Below, one piece after another: positions 47,002 to 56,983 of a DNA stretch of 64,000 bases; positions within the stretch are counted from its first letter, which is position 1; every line of letters starts with the position of its first letter. Source of the stretch: Armatimonadota bacterium (GTDB taxonomy: Bacteria; Armatimonadota; Fimbriimonadia; Fimbriimonadales; GBS-DC). The notes under the pieces are model-generated. The model was not told where the DNA came from. It saw only the letters and a program-made list of their open reading frames with translations, and ran no database searches. Both the position numbers and the translations under genes were made by a program. The stretch is taken from positions 1-64,000 of the forward strand of contig JBBIML010000006.1 of the NCBI GenBank assembly GCA_037444405.1, read 5' to 3'.

Positions 47002-48894
47002 TTACTGCTGTGAGAGCGTGCTGCGCCGTCCGCCAGGGCGACGCAAGCCCTCCTCACCCAGCACATGCAGGAACACCAGGCACATCTCGTCGGTCGTCTT
47101 CTCGCCCCAGGTGACCACCTTTGGCGGACGGTTCGGATTGTTCGGGTTCTTCTCGGAGTTGTCGTAGTAGGCACGCACCTCCACGCGCGTGCCCCGCGGC
47201 AGGCGCACAGGTGTCTTGTAGTGATAGGTGTCCTGCCATCTGAAGTCCCAATCTTTGATCCAGATGAGCGGGATGGTCTTGCCGTCGGGCGTGTAGGCGT
47301 CCACCTTCATCTCGCGCCCGAGCAGGTGCATATGGGGCGTGATGGCGACCACATCCACATCGCGCGGTGCAATCCAGTAGGCGCGCACCTCGTGGTGCTC
47401 GGCGCCCGGCGGAATGCTGAAGAAGGGATTGATCAGCCAGGCGATGCCAATCGGCTGTGGGTTGGGCGTCTTGGCGAAGTAGAGTCCCACGCGCGTGCGG
47501 TCGCGCTCCGGCTTGCCTGTGCGATAGTAGTGAATCTGCAGCACAATATCGGAGCCTTTCGGCAGGCGATAGCCTGTGCCCTCCGGCAGCATCTGGGGCG
47601 AGAAGCCCGGCGCCCAGCCGCCCAGCATGCCAGCAGGGATGAACCCCGGCCAGCCGAACGCCCTGTAGCCCGGACCCGCGTCCGCCTCATCCAGCTTGCG
47701 AGCCGTGCCCGATGTGTCGCAGTAAACAATCACATGGTGAACCGTCTTGCGATTGCCCGGCTGGATGTCAATCGCCTGCACGAACATGTCACGGTCGAAG
47801 TTCGTGGGGATGACGAAGTGGCGGTATTCGTCGTCGCCTGTGGGACCGACCTCATACTCTTCGGGCATCTCCACAATCAGATCGGGCGGACCGAACGCCC
47901 AATCGTCGCTGAACTGGCGCGGCGGCGGCAGGTCGTTCGGCTCGCCTAACGGCGCACCCGACTCCACCCACTGTGTGATCAGTGCAATCTGCTCGTCGCT
48001 CAGTCGACGCTCACCCTTGAACTCGCCGTAGCCCGGCTCGGGCTTCCAGGGCGGCATCTGGCGTGCCTGCACATATTTGACAATCTCTTTGCGCCAGGTG
48101 TACACATCGCGGTAGGTCATTAGTGAGAAGGGCGCGACCTGACCAGGGCGATGGCACGGCTGGCAATATTGCTGAATGATCGGCGCGATATGCCGGGCGT
48201 AGGTGATGGGCGCGGACGCCTCCGCCTCATCTTTGAAATGGATGGTGCAGCCGAAGGTTTCGGTCGCGGCGGGCTTGACAGGCTTGCCCTTCAGGATTGC
48301 CTCCAGCGCGTTGCGCAGGTAGGGCGTGCGCACGCGGTCCTCGTAGCGGTTGTCATCGATCGCGCCCCGATAGCGCAGAACGCCCTTCTGGTCAATCACG
48401 AACGCCTGGGGGGTCATCGTGGCGCCGAGCTGGCGCGCGATCTTGCCATCGGGGTCATACACCACAGGGAATTTGAGCTGCCACGCCTGCACGCTCTGGC
48501 GTACCTCCTGCTCCGTGTCGTCATAGTTGGTGTAGATACCGATTATCTGCACGCCGCGTTTGGTATAGCTCGCATAAAGTTGATTGAGGCGCACAGCGTA
48601 GCGCTGGACGGCGGGGCACTTCGCGCCCAGAAAGACCAGCACCACGGGCGCCTTGCGTGTGAGCTCGTTCAGGCGGTAGGTGCGACCGTTCAAATCGGTG
48701 AAGGAGAGCGGCGGCACGCGCGTGTTGAGATTGACGGTGCTGGGCGATTCGGTCAGCACGCGGTGCTTCCTGCTCACCTCGCTCGGCGTCGTTGCAGCCC
48801 GTCGATTCGTTGCGTCACTATCCGTCTGCTGCGGCATCCAGAACGGAAACGCGCCCATCATCAGTGCCAGCCCAATCAGCCACGATGCCCTCAT
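47002..48894 (-). CDS. Exported redoxin + cytochrome c + copper type II monooxygenase-like fusion
   Basis: Redoxin 'CP...YRGAIDD...GCTI', heme motif CQPCH, MPPW, VHH, HMH, DEMC. Confidence 0.85.
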   Translation of the reverse strand: MRASWLIGLALMMGAFPFWMPQQTDSDATNRRAATTPSEVSRKHRVLTESPSTVNLNTRVPPLSFTDLNGRTYRLNELTRKAPVVLVFLGAKCPAVQRYAVRLNQLYASYTKRGVQIIGIYTNYDDTEQEVRQSVQAWQLKFPVVYDPDGKIARQLGATMTPQAFVIDQKGVLRYRGAIDDNRYEDRVRTPYLRNALEAILKGKPVKPAATETFGCTIHFKDEAEASAPITYARHIAPIIQQYCQPCHRPGQVAPFSLMTYRDVYTWRKEIVKYVQARQMPPWKPEPGYGEFKGERRLSDEQIALITQWVESGAPLGEPNDLPPPRQFSDDWAFGPPDLIVEMPEEYEVGPTGDDEYRHFVIPTNFDRDMFVQAIDIQPGNRKTVHHVIVYCDTSGTARKLDEADAGPGYRAFGWPGFIPAGMLGGWAPGFSPQMLPEGTGYRLPKGSDIVLQIHYYRTGKPERDRTRVGLYFAKTPNPQPIGIAWLINPFFSIPPGAEHHEVRAYWIAPRDVDVVAITPHMHLLGREMKVDAYTPDGKTIPLIWIKDWDFRWQDTYHYKTPVRLPRGTRVEVRAYYDNSEKNPNNPNRPPKVVTWGEKTTDEMCLVFLHVLGEEGLRRPGGRRSTLSQQ

Positions 48895-49060
48895 TTTGAT
48901 GCCCTCCAACCTGCTGGTCAGTATACCATGCTTCGACGCCGATGCGCCGATTCCGTTCGCTTTTTGCCGCCGTTTTCCCTCCCGACGCGCCAGAAAAGAG
49001 CCAATAGTAAGACATCCTCGCAAACACTCGAAAAGTATCCTGCATGATAGGGAGATTAGC

Positions 49061-49342
49061 ATGCGACGCGACCCATTCGAGCAACGCAAAAGCCTGTCGC
49101 AGGTCGCCGCGCTGGAATACTTCACCGACCGCGAGGGGGCGATAGAAGCGTTTGAGCGATACCTGCACGCGCCAGCGGTGTCGGAAGGCGTGCAGGAAGG
49201 GTGCGTCGGCGCACGCAGGCTCCAGCACGCGCAGGGGACGCTGGGGTTAATCCACTGCTCCAGCGTGGCGACCATGCGCGCTACAATCCACGCGGGCGTG
49301 GGACATGCGCCAACCTGCGCGCCTGCACCGTGTTTACCATAG
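49061..49342 (+). pseudogene. Possible truncated N-terminus of an AAA/STAND-type ATPase gene
   Basis: GGGAG RBS then MRRDPFEQRK...YFTDREGAIEAFERYL (FxGRE-like), after which the sequence degenerates with no Walker A. Confidence 0.4.
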
Positions 49343-50122
49343 CGCAATCAGTCGCACGGGACCGCCTGAAGCGTTCTGGAGCCTCAGCGCGCCCACGAAC
49401 ACCACCGCGCCCGACGGCGGGAGTTTCTCAAGGTTCGCCACATTCTCCAGCCCCCACTTGCCCGCCTCCAGCACAATCTTATGCACGGCGAAGGTGGTGG
49501 ACGCGCCGAAGTCCAAGCTGAGCGTGTCCACGCCGATGCCGAGGATATTGCGCTCTTTGACGAGCATCTCGGCGGCGTCGGGCGCAAAGCCAGGGAAGTG
49601 CATCACGCCCTGCGCGTCGGTGTTGCGATACGCCTGCTCGTCGCGGGCGCGGGCGCCCCAGCCGCTCAGCATGAACACAATCGCGCTGTTCGGGATGCGC
49701 TCATAGCGGCGCTCCCACTGGCGTAGGTCGTCGGCAGTGAGCTGGGCGTCGGGGTTCTTTTGTGCCCGCTCGCGGATGTCCACCACCACAGCATAGCCCA
49801 CCAGCTGGGCAGGCGCGAGCTGGTCCAGCGTCGGCTTACCCTTGACGAAGTGGACAGGGGCGTCCATGTGCGTGGCGTGATGCTCGTAGAGCTGCCAGCG
49901 GTTCGCGTAGAAGCCCGACGACTCGTGCGTGTAGAGCGGTTCGCGCACCAGCTTCGGCGTGCCCGGCCATGTGGGGAACTCTGGCGTCTGGATGTAGGTG
50001 AGATCCAGCATGTTCCGGGCGCGCTGGGGCAAGCGGAGGGTGGGCGTGCGTTGCGCGGGCGCAGGTATCGTCTCGCGCCCCAGATTGCCCCACAACTCCC
50101 GATAAATCGCGTGCGTGCACAT
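49334..50122 (-). CDS. Cyclase / kynurenine formamidase family protein
   Basis: EHHATHMDAPVH, HFPGF, GIGVDTLSLD, LENVANL, GGPVR. Confidence 0.9.
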   Translation of the reverse strand: MCTHAIYRELWGNLGRETIPAPAQRTPTLRLPQRARNMLDLTYIQTPEFPTWPGTPKLVREPLYTHESSGFYANRWQLYEHHATHMDAPVHFVKGKPTLDQLAPAQLVGYAVVVDIRERAQKNPDAQLTADDLRQWERRYERIPNSAIVFMLSGWGARARDEQAYRNTDAQGVMHFPGFAPDAAEMLVKERNILGIGVDTLSLDFGASTTFAVHKIVLEAGKWGLENVANLEKLPPSGAVVFVGALRLQNASGGPVRLIALW

Positions 50123-50372
50123 AGAAAAGATGATACCCCTTAGAAGCAGCCCAGAAAAGTAAGTGGACGCCTTATTGTGGGGCATTTCCCCCCGACAGCT
50201 AATGCTGCTCTGTTGCAAAGAACAGGGGATTCGGTGAACAGGACACGGGAACCGCGTCCGTACAGGCATGCGTAGGGGCGCGGTCGCCGCGCCCTGCAAG
50301 TGGGTCATGGGGAGGGTGTTCAACAACATGGCACGGGAACCGCGCCCTGTTCAAGCGGCTCGCGAGACCCGC

Positions 50373-51473
50373 TCACGGCTGATTCAATAGCAGTTTCAGG
50401 TACTGCTGGGCGACGCGCTCCTCGTCAAACTGCATGAGCCATTCGTCGGGGGCGCGGGGCGCGTCGCCGTCCAGCACGCGCAGCATCGCCCGCGCCAGCG
50501 CGTCCACATCGCCCACAGGCACCAGATGCCCGTAGCGTCCGCCATCCAGAATCTCGGCGGGTCCGCTAAGGCAATCGGTGCTGACCACGGGGCAGCCGCA
50601 CGCCAGCGCCTGCACCAGCACATTCGGGAAGCCCTCGAAGCGGGATGACAGCACGAATAGCGCCGCCCGCCGCATATAGGCGAACGGGTTCTCCACGAAG
50701 CCCGGCAGGCTCACCGAATCGGCGACGCCCAGCTGCCGGGCGAGCGCTTCCAGCTGGGGGCGCAGGGGACCCTCGCCCAGCACCATCAGGCGCACCGTTC
50801 GCTGCGAGCGCACCTGCGCAAATGCCTTCAACAGCGTCTCGAAATCTTTCTGAGGGTCCAGTCGCCCGACGCTCAACACCACTGGGGGCTGATCGGGCGC
50901 GAACCATGGATGCTCGACGGGCTGCTCGCGCAGCTCCAGCACGCGCCGCGTGTAGGCGGGGTTGTAAATCAGCGCCAGTCGCCCGGCTGGCAGACGAGCG
51001 CGATTCTGTAAATCGTGCAGCACGCCCCGCGAGACCGCCACCACCCAATCGGCGTAGCGGTAGCCGTACCGCACAATCAGCGGCTCCAGCAGGCGGTCTT
51101 TGAGCAGGCTGGCTTCGCGCGTGCGACAGGAGGGCGTGTTCGCCTCACGCACAACCACCCTGCCCTCAAATCGCGCCAGTCGCGCCGCGAGAATGCTCAC
51201 CATGTTCGGATAGGGCAGGCTCGACAGGATGCCAGCGGGACGCTGCTGGCGAAGGTAGCGCGTCAGGGGCAGCAGGGCGAGCGCCATGCGCCGTGCGCCC
51301 AGATCGACCAGATTCACCTGCGGCGACAGCTCCTTCAGGTAGACCCCCTGACACTGCGCCAGAATGAAGTCCACCGCGTGCCCGCAGGCGGCGAACTGGT
51401 TGGCGAGCGTGACCAGCACACGCTCCGCGCCCCCACCCTTCAGATGGGACAGAAAGAGTGCGACCTTCGCCAT
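50373..51473 (-). CDS. GT4 family glycosyltransferase
   Basis: GGAER, VGRL..QK, SRFEGFPNVLVQA.ACG.PVV. Confidence 0.92.
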   Translation of the reverse strand: MAKVALFLSHLKGGGAERVLVTLANQFAACGHAVDFILAQCQGVYLKELSPQVNLVDLGARRMALALLPLTRYLRQQRPAGILSSLPYPNMVSILAARLARFEGRVVVREANTPSCRTREASLLKDRLLEPLIVRYGYRYADWVVAVSRGVLHDLQNRARLPAGRLALIYNPAYTRRVLELREQPVEHPWFAPDQPPVVLSVGRLDPQKDFETLLKAFAQVRSQRTVRLMVLGEGPLRPQLEALARQLGVADSVSLPGFVENPFAYMRRAALFVLSSRFEGFPNVLVQALACGCPVVSTDCLSGPAEILDGGRYGHLVPVGDVDALARAMLRVLDGDAPRAPDEWLMQFDEERVAQQYLKLLLNQP

Positions 51474-51491
51474 CCCTCTAAAGAGTACCTC

Positions 51492-54400
51492 TCAAAACAC
51501 CTGCTTGAGTTCCAGCACGAGGCGCGGCTGGTCGCGCCGAACGGTGCGGTCGGCGCGATGCTCGTAATGCGTCCACTGAATCCCCAGCATCAGGTAGCGG
51601 TCGGCGTCGATCTTATGCTCGGTGGAGAGGTAGAAGGTGTGGGCGGTGGTCTTGCGGTTGTTGAACAGCTCCGAATCGATTCGGTAGCCGACGGCATAGC
51701 TCACGCCGTCGGTCTGATTGCCCGTGAGGGTCAGCCCGCCGCGGCGGATGCGCCGACCCTGCTGTTCGTTCCACTCGATGCGGTAGTCGCCCCTGAGCGA
51801 GACGCGCGGCTTGAGCGTCCACTCCAGCGCCCACGCCGAGAAGCCCGTCGGCTGAAGAATCGACCCCAGCACCACATTCGGGTTGCCCTGTTCAGGATGG
51901 GTCTGAAAGTCGTGAACAAGGCTCAGTTTCTGGTGGAGCTTATATTCCAGATGATACTGGCGGATGAGGAACAGGCGTCCATCCTGATAGGTGCGCACTT
52001 TGTAGAGCAGGTTGTAGCGCAGGGCGCCCTTCGCGGGCGATTCGACCTGATAGTAGCGGTCGATGGCGCGTCCCTGCGCAGGCACATAGAGACCGACATA
52101 GCCGCCCTTGAGCGTGTGCCCGAACGCAGTCGCCTGCATGGTGAAGTTTTTGTTCTCCTGCTGCCACAGCCCACGGTCGGCTAATGCGCCGTAGCGGAAG
52201 TCGAACTGCAGCCCTTTGAAGAACAGCCAGTTGAAGGGGCGTGCGCTCTGAATAACGACCTGGCTCTGGGCTTTGGTCTGTGTGCGGTCGATGCGCCATT
52301 CCTGGTAGGTGCCGCCGACGGTCAGCACGCCCCATGCGGACTGGGTCAGCCCCACAGAGAGGGTTCGCGTGCCGTTGGCGCCCTCTTTTGCGGTGCGCGA
52401 TTCGGCGAAGGTGAGCGTAGTGCCAGGGCGCAGCTGGTACTCCAGTCCGAGCTGCTGTCCGCTCTCGTCGGGTGCGCCCTCGCGCTCGGCTTGCGCATGC
52501 GCGAAGGTGAGCTTCAGGCGCGGGTTAAGCGTGTAGCCCGCCTGATAGAGACGGAACCGCTCGCTGACGGCGCCCACCGCGCGCGTGCGGCGCTCCTCGA
52601 CCCCAAAGTTCAAACGCTTCAGCTCGCGGCTCTGGAACCGATAGTAGTCGGTGTATTGATAGAGTGGGTTCGCGAGCGTGCCGCCAATCTGTCGCCGCTC
52701 CTGATAGGCGTTCAGCGTGCCGAATCGGAGCGTGTACTGCAGGTCGTTGCGCTCATACTCGTCGTGATAGAGGTCGCTCACCTGTTGCTGGGAGCGGTAC
52801 TTCTCCTGCTGGCGTCCGAGCGTGAGGTTGCGCGCGGGCTGCCACACGACATACATCCGCTGGCGACGGTTGCCGATGCGCTCGGTGGGGTTCTCGGCGT
52901 TGAACAGCAGGGTCTCAATCTGCAGGGTGCGTCCGGGCTTCAGGCGCAGGTTCCAGTCATACTGCTCGAAGCCGCGCAGCTGGGCGAACAGGTCGCGTTC
53001 GTGGTCAGCTAAGTCGTGGGCGCGGGCGAAGTCGGCATCCACCTGACGGCGATTGTAGCTCAGCTCCAGTTGCGGATGGATGAGGCGATAGCTCTGGCGT
53101 TGCAGTCCTGCGCCGATGGCGCGGATCCGGGTGTGGGCGGTGGCAAGCCCCAGCCGCGGGGTGATGAGCGCGGCGTCCCAGTCGGAGCGGCGGATGCCCT
53201 GCTCATTGCGGAACAGCATTTGCTCAATCGGCGTCAGATCGCGCAGGCGAGCGAACTGGGGGGCGATCGTGCGCTCCGCAAGGCGCACCTGCAACGAGGG
53301 TGTCTTGAGCTGATACTGCACGCCCTTCACATTGCCCTCGCCGCCCCGATCGGCGATCTCGAAGCGCTTCACCTGCAGCTGCAGGTCTTTGTGGGGTTGC
53401 AGCTCGGCTTTCTGGAAGGTGCGCTCCAGCCCCGCCTCCTTCAGCGACTGCTGAACCTCTTCGGGTTTGAGCGGCTGGCTGTTCGCGGGGTCGTGGAACT
53501 GGCGCGTCTCCTGCGCCATCTGCTGAAGCTCATGTGGGGCGAGGCTCTGCAGGCGACCGAACTGCGGGTCGACCGCGCGATGGCTATGCTCGACGGTGAG
53601 AGTGTCGGTTTTGACCGCGACGCGCTGCCACTCCAGCGCGCCGGTGGGCGATTCGATGCGCATGTCGCTCGCCGTCGCGTTCAGCCCTTTCGGGGTCAGC
53701 TGGACAGAGGTCATCTCGCGTCGCAGCCCCACTTCGCGCGCCCAGTCGCCCTTCTCGCTGTCGCCGAGGTCGCCGAACCGCTTGAACTCCGGGCTGATGC
53801 GCTGCTCCAGCCGATTCAGCTTGAGCCAGGGCAGGTCGAGCGCGTAGCGGGCGCGTTCGATGCGCCCTGTGCCTTCGGTGAGGGTCAGTCGGGACAGGTT
53901 CAGCGTTCGGTTGGGCGCGAGCATCAGGCTGCCCTCCAGCGCCTCGCGCTGGATGCCGCGCTCGCGCTGCCAGTTCGGCGCCTCCGAATCCACAAGGTCT
54001 TTGTACCGCTGGAAGTTTGGCTCTGGCTCAATGCGCTGCCAGCTCAGGTTCAGCCGCTGGCTCTGGAACCTCAGCGCCTGCCGTTCGACGCTGCCGTTAT
54101 CATCCCGAATGTTGAGGCGGCTGAACTCGACGGTGTTGCCCTTGAAGAGTGATAGCCCGAGCGTGTAGTCGAGCCGTTTCAGCCCGCGCTGTTTCTCCCA
54201 GAGTTGTAGCAGGTTCGCGTCGAGTCCCGGCTGCGCACCGAGCATCTGCCGGGCGCTGAAGGTTTTGCCGACATCCTGATAGCTCGCCTGCAGGCGCAGG
54301 CTGCCCGCCTGCATCTGGAGCGTTTGAAAGATGAGCTGGCTGCGTTCGGTAGGGGCTGGAGTAGGCGTGGAGTCCATGCCGGCTTGCAGATTGCGGTTGT

Positions 54401-54989
54401 GCAGCTGCTGGCGGGCGCCGATGAAGAAGTAGCCGCTGAGCGTGGCAGCGGGACCGAAGCGCAGGGCGTTCTGCAAGCCGTACGCGCTGAGTCGGTATGA
54501 CGCGCCATCGGGAGCCGTTTCAGCGCGATCGGGCGTGAACAGCACGCTCAAACTGCCCTGCGCACCCAGCGAGAGCGTGAAGATGGGCAGGGCGCCAATC
54601 GAGCCTTCGCGCCGACCGTTCGGTTCATAGCGATAATACACCTGAATGGAGGAGAGGCGCCGCACAGGCTGGGCAAATACCAGATTGCCGCTGCTGTAAT
54701 CGATCCAGTAGTCCACCTCGCGCGTGAGGCGCTTGCCGTCCACATAGACGCTCTCGGAATCGGGGATGATGGGCGCATAGCGCAACAGGTACCCACCGCG
54801 CGTGCCGTTGCCAGGCAGTAAATCGGCGGCGGCTTGACCGGGGTTGGAGGGCTTCGATGCGGACACGGCGCGAGCCGCACCACCAGCGCCGTTGAGCGGT
54901 AGGGGCGCACCACCGTGCGTCCCCCCTTGCGCCCACACCAGCGGCACCGCTCCAATCAGAACAGCGCCAAGCCACCACCGTTTAGCCAA
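51492..54989 (-). CDS. Large outer-membrane beta-barrel-like protein with SprA-like N-terminal motif
   Basis: Signal peptide, 'SESVYVDG..L.R.VDY.IDY..G.L.F', amphipathic beta-strands, terminal Phe (LELKQVF). Confidence 0.65.
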   Translation of the reverse strand: MAKRWWLGAVLIGAVPLVWAQGGTHGGAPLPLNGAGGAARAVSASKPSNPGQAAADLLPGNGTRGGYLLRYAPIIPDSESVYVDGKRLTREVDYWIDYSSGNLVFAQPVRRLSSIQVYYRYEPNGRREGSIGALPIFTLSLGAQGSLSVLFTPDRAETAPDGASYRLSAYGLQNALRFGPAATLSGYFFIGARQQLHNRNLQAGMDSTPTPAPTERSQLIFQTLQMQAGSLRLQASYQDVGKTFSARQMLGAQPGLDANLLQLWEKQRGLKRLDYTLGLSLFKGNTVEFSRLNIRDDNGSVERQALRFQSQRLNLSWQRIEPEPNFQRYKDLVDSEAPNWQRERGIQREALEGSLMLAPNRTLNLSRLTLTEGTGRIERARYALDLPWLKLNRLEQRISPEFKRFGDLGDSEKGDWAREVGLRREMTSVQLTPKGLNATASDMRIESPTGALEWQRVAVKTDTLTVEHSHRAVDPQFGRLQSLAPHELQQMAQETRQFHDPANSQPLKPEEVQQSLKEAGLERTFQKAELQPHKDLQLQVKRFEIADRGGEGNVKGVQYQLKTPSLQVRLAERTIAPQFARLRDLTPIEQMLFRNEQGIRRSDWDAALITPRLGLATAHTRIRAIGAGLQRQSYRLIHPQLELSYNRRQVDADFARAHDLADHERDLFAQLRGFEQYDWNLRLKPGRTLQIETLLFNAENPTERIGNRRQRMYVVWQPARNLTLGRQQEKYRSQQQVSDLYHDEYERNDLQYTLRFGTLNAYQERRQIGGTLANPLYQYTDYYRFQSRELKRLNFGVEERRTRAVGAVSERFRLYQAGYTLNPRLKLTFAHAQAEREGAPDESGQQLGLEYQLRPGTTLTFAESRTAKEGANGTRTLSVGLTQSAWGVLTVGGTYQEWRIDRTQTKAQSQVVIQSARPFNWLFFKGLQFDFRYGALADRGLWQQENKNFTMQATAFGHTLKGGYVGLYVPAQGRAIDRYYQVESPAKGALRYNLLYKVRTYQDGRLFLIRQYHLEYKLHQKLSLVHDFQTHPEQGNPNVVLGSILQPTGFSAWALEWTLKPRVSLRGDYRIEWNEQQGRRIRRGGLTLTGNQTDGVSYAVGYRIDSELFNNRKTTAHTFYLSTEHKIDADRYLMLGIQWTHYEHRADRTVRRDQPRLVLELKQVF

Positions 54990-55119
54990 TCGGCATCACT
55001 TCCTTTAGGTTTGTTTCATTCCTCACCCATCCATGGGGTGCTGGTGCAACCTGTCAAGGCGACTGCTTACACGAAAGGGAGTAGCAAGGGCGTCTCGCCC
55101 TTGAACCTCACCAGGGCGA

Positions 55120-56043
55120 CTACTTAATATTCCACGAAAAGATGGGCACAAAGAAGCGCGAGTCGCGCTGTCGGCGAGATAGAGCCTGCTGACGCAGAAG
55201 ACGGTTCTCACGCTGCAGCTGGCGATTGAACTGTTCCGACCACTGGCTGAGCGCGCCGTGTGTGGCGCTGGCAGCTGGCTGAACGGCATGCGGGGTCTTC
55301 TCCGTGCCGGGTGTGGCGGGTTCAGCGGAACCTGCGGTGCCAGGCTCGCTGGACGCGGGCGTCTCCACGGGCAGGTCAGCAATTGCAGTGATGAGCGCGG
55401 GTGCGTTGCTACTAACGGGCGCGGCGTCCTGCGGGGTGGCGAGCGCGATGGGTTCGCCGTTAGCAGGCGGGTTCGATTGCGGGGCGGGCGCACGCGGGGC
55501 GGCGACCCAGCGCGGTGACGGCTCCTGCCAGCGCGGCGTCGACGCCGGCTGCACCACAATCACGATGGGTGTGTCCTTATCAGCGGGGCGACGCGCGACC
55601 TCCATGTGCGCGGGCGACTCCACTAAAGGCTCACTCGTTGCCTCTGCAGGGCGCGGCGATGCCGCCTCCCCAGAGGGCATTTCCCGCGACAAATGCGCGG
55701 CGGAAAACGGCTGCACAGGCATACGGGGCAGCGTCCACCATGCCAGCATCAGCCCGGCCGCGACTGCAGGCGCGAGCGACCACCAGCCCAGCCGCACACG
55801 CTGGAGCAGGCTCGGCTTGCGGGTGGTGCTGGCAAAGATGCGCGCCCGCAAATCGGGCGGCGGCAGCACGCGCGGCAGCCGACGAATCGTCTGACCCACC
55901 TCACGCCACAGCGCCACCGCCTGACGACACGCCTCACAACGCGATAGATGCGCCTCCACCGCGTTCTCGTCAAACGGGTTCAGCAGACCATCCACATACA
56001 AACTCAATCGCTCTTCCCACTCGGAACAGATTGGCTTCATCAT
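55120..56043 (-). CDS. Zinc-finger (zf-HC2) anti-sigma factor-like protein
   Basis: C...LS.Y.DG.L.....V..HL..C..C, a single TM, and a Pro/Ala-rich periplasmic tail. Confidence 0.85.
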   Translation of the reverse strand: MMKPICSEWEERLSLYVDGLLNPFDENAVEAHLSRCEACRQAVALWREVGQTIRRLPRVLPPPDLRARIFASTTRKPSLLQRVRLGWWSLAPAVAAGLMLAWWTLPRMPVQPFSAAHLSREMPSGEAASPRPAEATSEPLVESPAHMEVARRPADKDTPIVIVVQPASTPRWQEPSPRWVAAPRAPAPQSNPPANGEPIALATPQDAAPVSSNAPALITAIADLPVETPASSEPGTAGSAEPATPGTEKTPHAVQPAASATHGALSQWSEQFNRQLQRENRLLRQQALSRRQRDSRFFVPIFSWNIK

Positions 56044-56101
56044 CGACGATCATCGCCTCCATCTTCATTAGACGGTAGAGCCGCGCCCATGTACCGCCAC
56101 G

Positions 56102-56926
56102 CTACAGTTCGATACGCATGCCGTCCCAGCCGATTTCGATCCCGTGCGGCTTTGCGCGCGCCTCCAGCTCCTCGTGCAGCGCGCCACCGTTATGGGAGAA
56201 GTGGGTCAGCACCACGCGCGAATCGGCTCGGAGCGTGCCCTGCTTGCGCAGCGCACTCACCATCTGGACGCACTTCTCAATATCGAGATGCCCGCTATAG
56301 TCGCTGGGCAGGAAGCCGAAACTGCACTCCAGAATCGCCAGGTCGAGCTCGACGCCCGTCAGGAAATCCCATGTTTCAGGTGGGTACCAGCCCGTATCGC
56401 AGGCGTAGAGCAGGCGCCGCCCGTTGCGCTCGATAACCAGATTCAGCACCTCCTCGTCGGGCACTTCCGTGAAGTGCGTGGCGCGGATGGGGGTGAGCGT
56501 GTAGTCGCCCAGCGAACAGGTTTCGAAGGCGCGAATGAGATTGCACTCCAGGCGCATCCCCGTGTAGCTGACGATGCCCTCCACCTTCGCTTTGACCGCC
56601 GCGTTGCCGAAGATTTTCAGGTTGCGAGCCGTTTCGGGCGGCGCGAAGCCCGGCAAAAGGTATTGCAACTCCTCACCCGCGCAGTGGTCATGGTGCGAAT
56701 GCGTGAAGACCAGCCATCGCCAGTCGGTCGGGTTCAGCCGCTCACGGTGGATGTGATAGAGCGTGTCGGGACAGAAGTCGATTTTGAGCGTGTTGTCGAT
56801 GAGCGCGCCTGAGCGCGAGCGGATGTTTTTGCCGCCGCGCTCGCGTGCCGTGTGGCACACCCTGCAGTCGCAGCCGAGCGCGGGTATCCCCTCCGCTGCC
56901 GCCGTGCCAAGTATCACTATCTCCAT
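56102..56926 (-). CDS. Metallo-beta-lactamase fold hydrolase (PhnP-like)
   Basis: LGT...GIP...C.C..C, THSHHDH, DTG, THFSH. Confidence 0.88.
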   Translation of the reverse strand: MEIVILGTAAAEGIPALGCDCRVCHTARERGGKNIRSRSGALIDNTLKIDFCPDTLYHIHRERLNPTDWRWLVFTHSHHDHCAGEELQYLLPGFAPPETARNLKIFGNAAVKAKVEGIVSYTGMRLECNLIRAFETCSLGDYTLTPIRATHFTEVPDEEVLNLVIERNGRRLLYACDTGWYPPETWDFLTGVELDLAILECSFGFLPSDYSGHLDIEKCVQMVSALRKQGTLRADSRVVLTHFSHNGGALHEELEARAKPHGIEIGWDGMRIEL

Positions 56927-56983
56927 CGCCTCTCCTCAAAACGCAGAATCGTAGTCTGGGCGTCCCGCCCAGCACCGCTGGTT

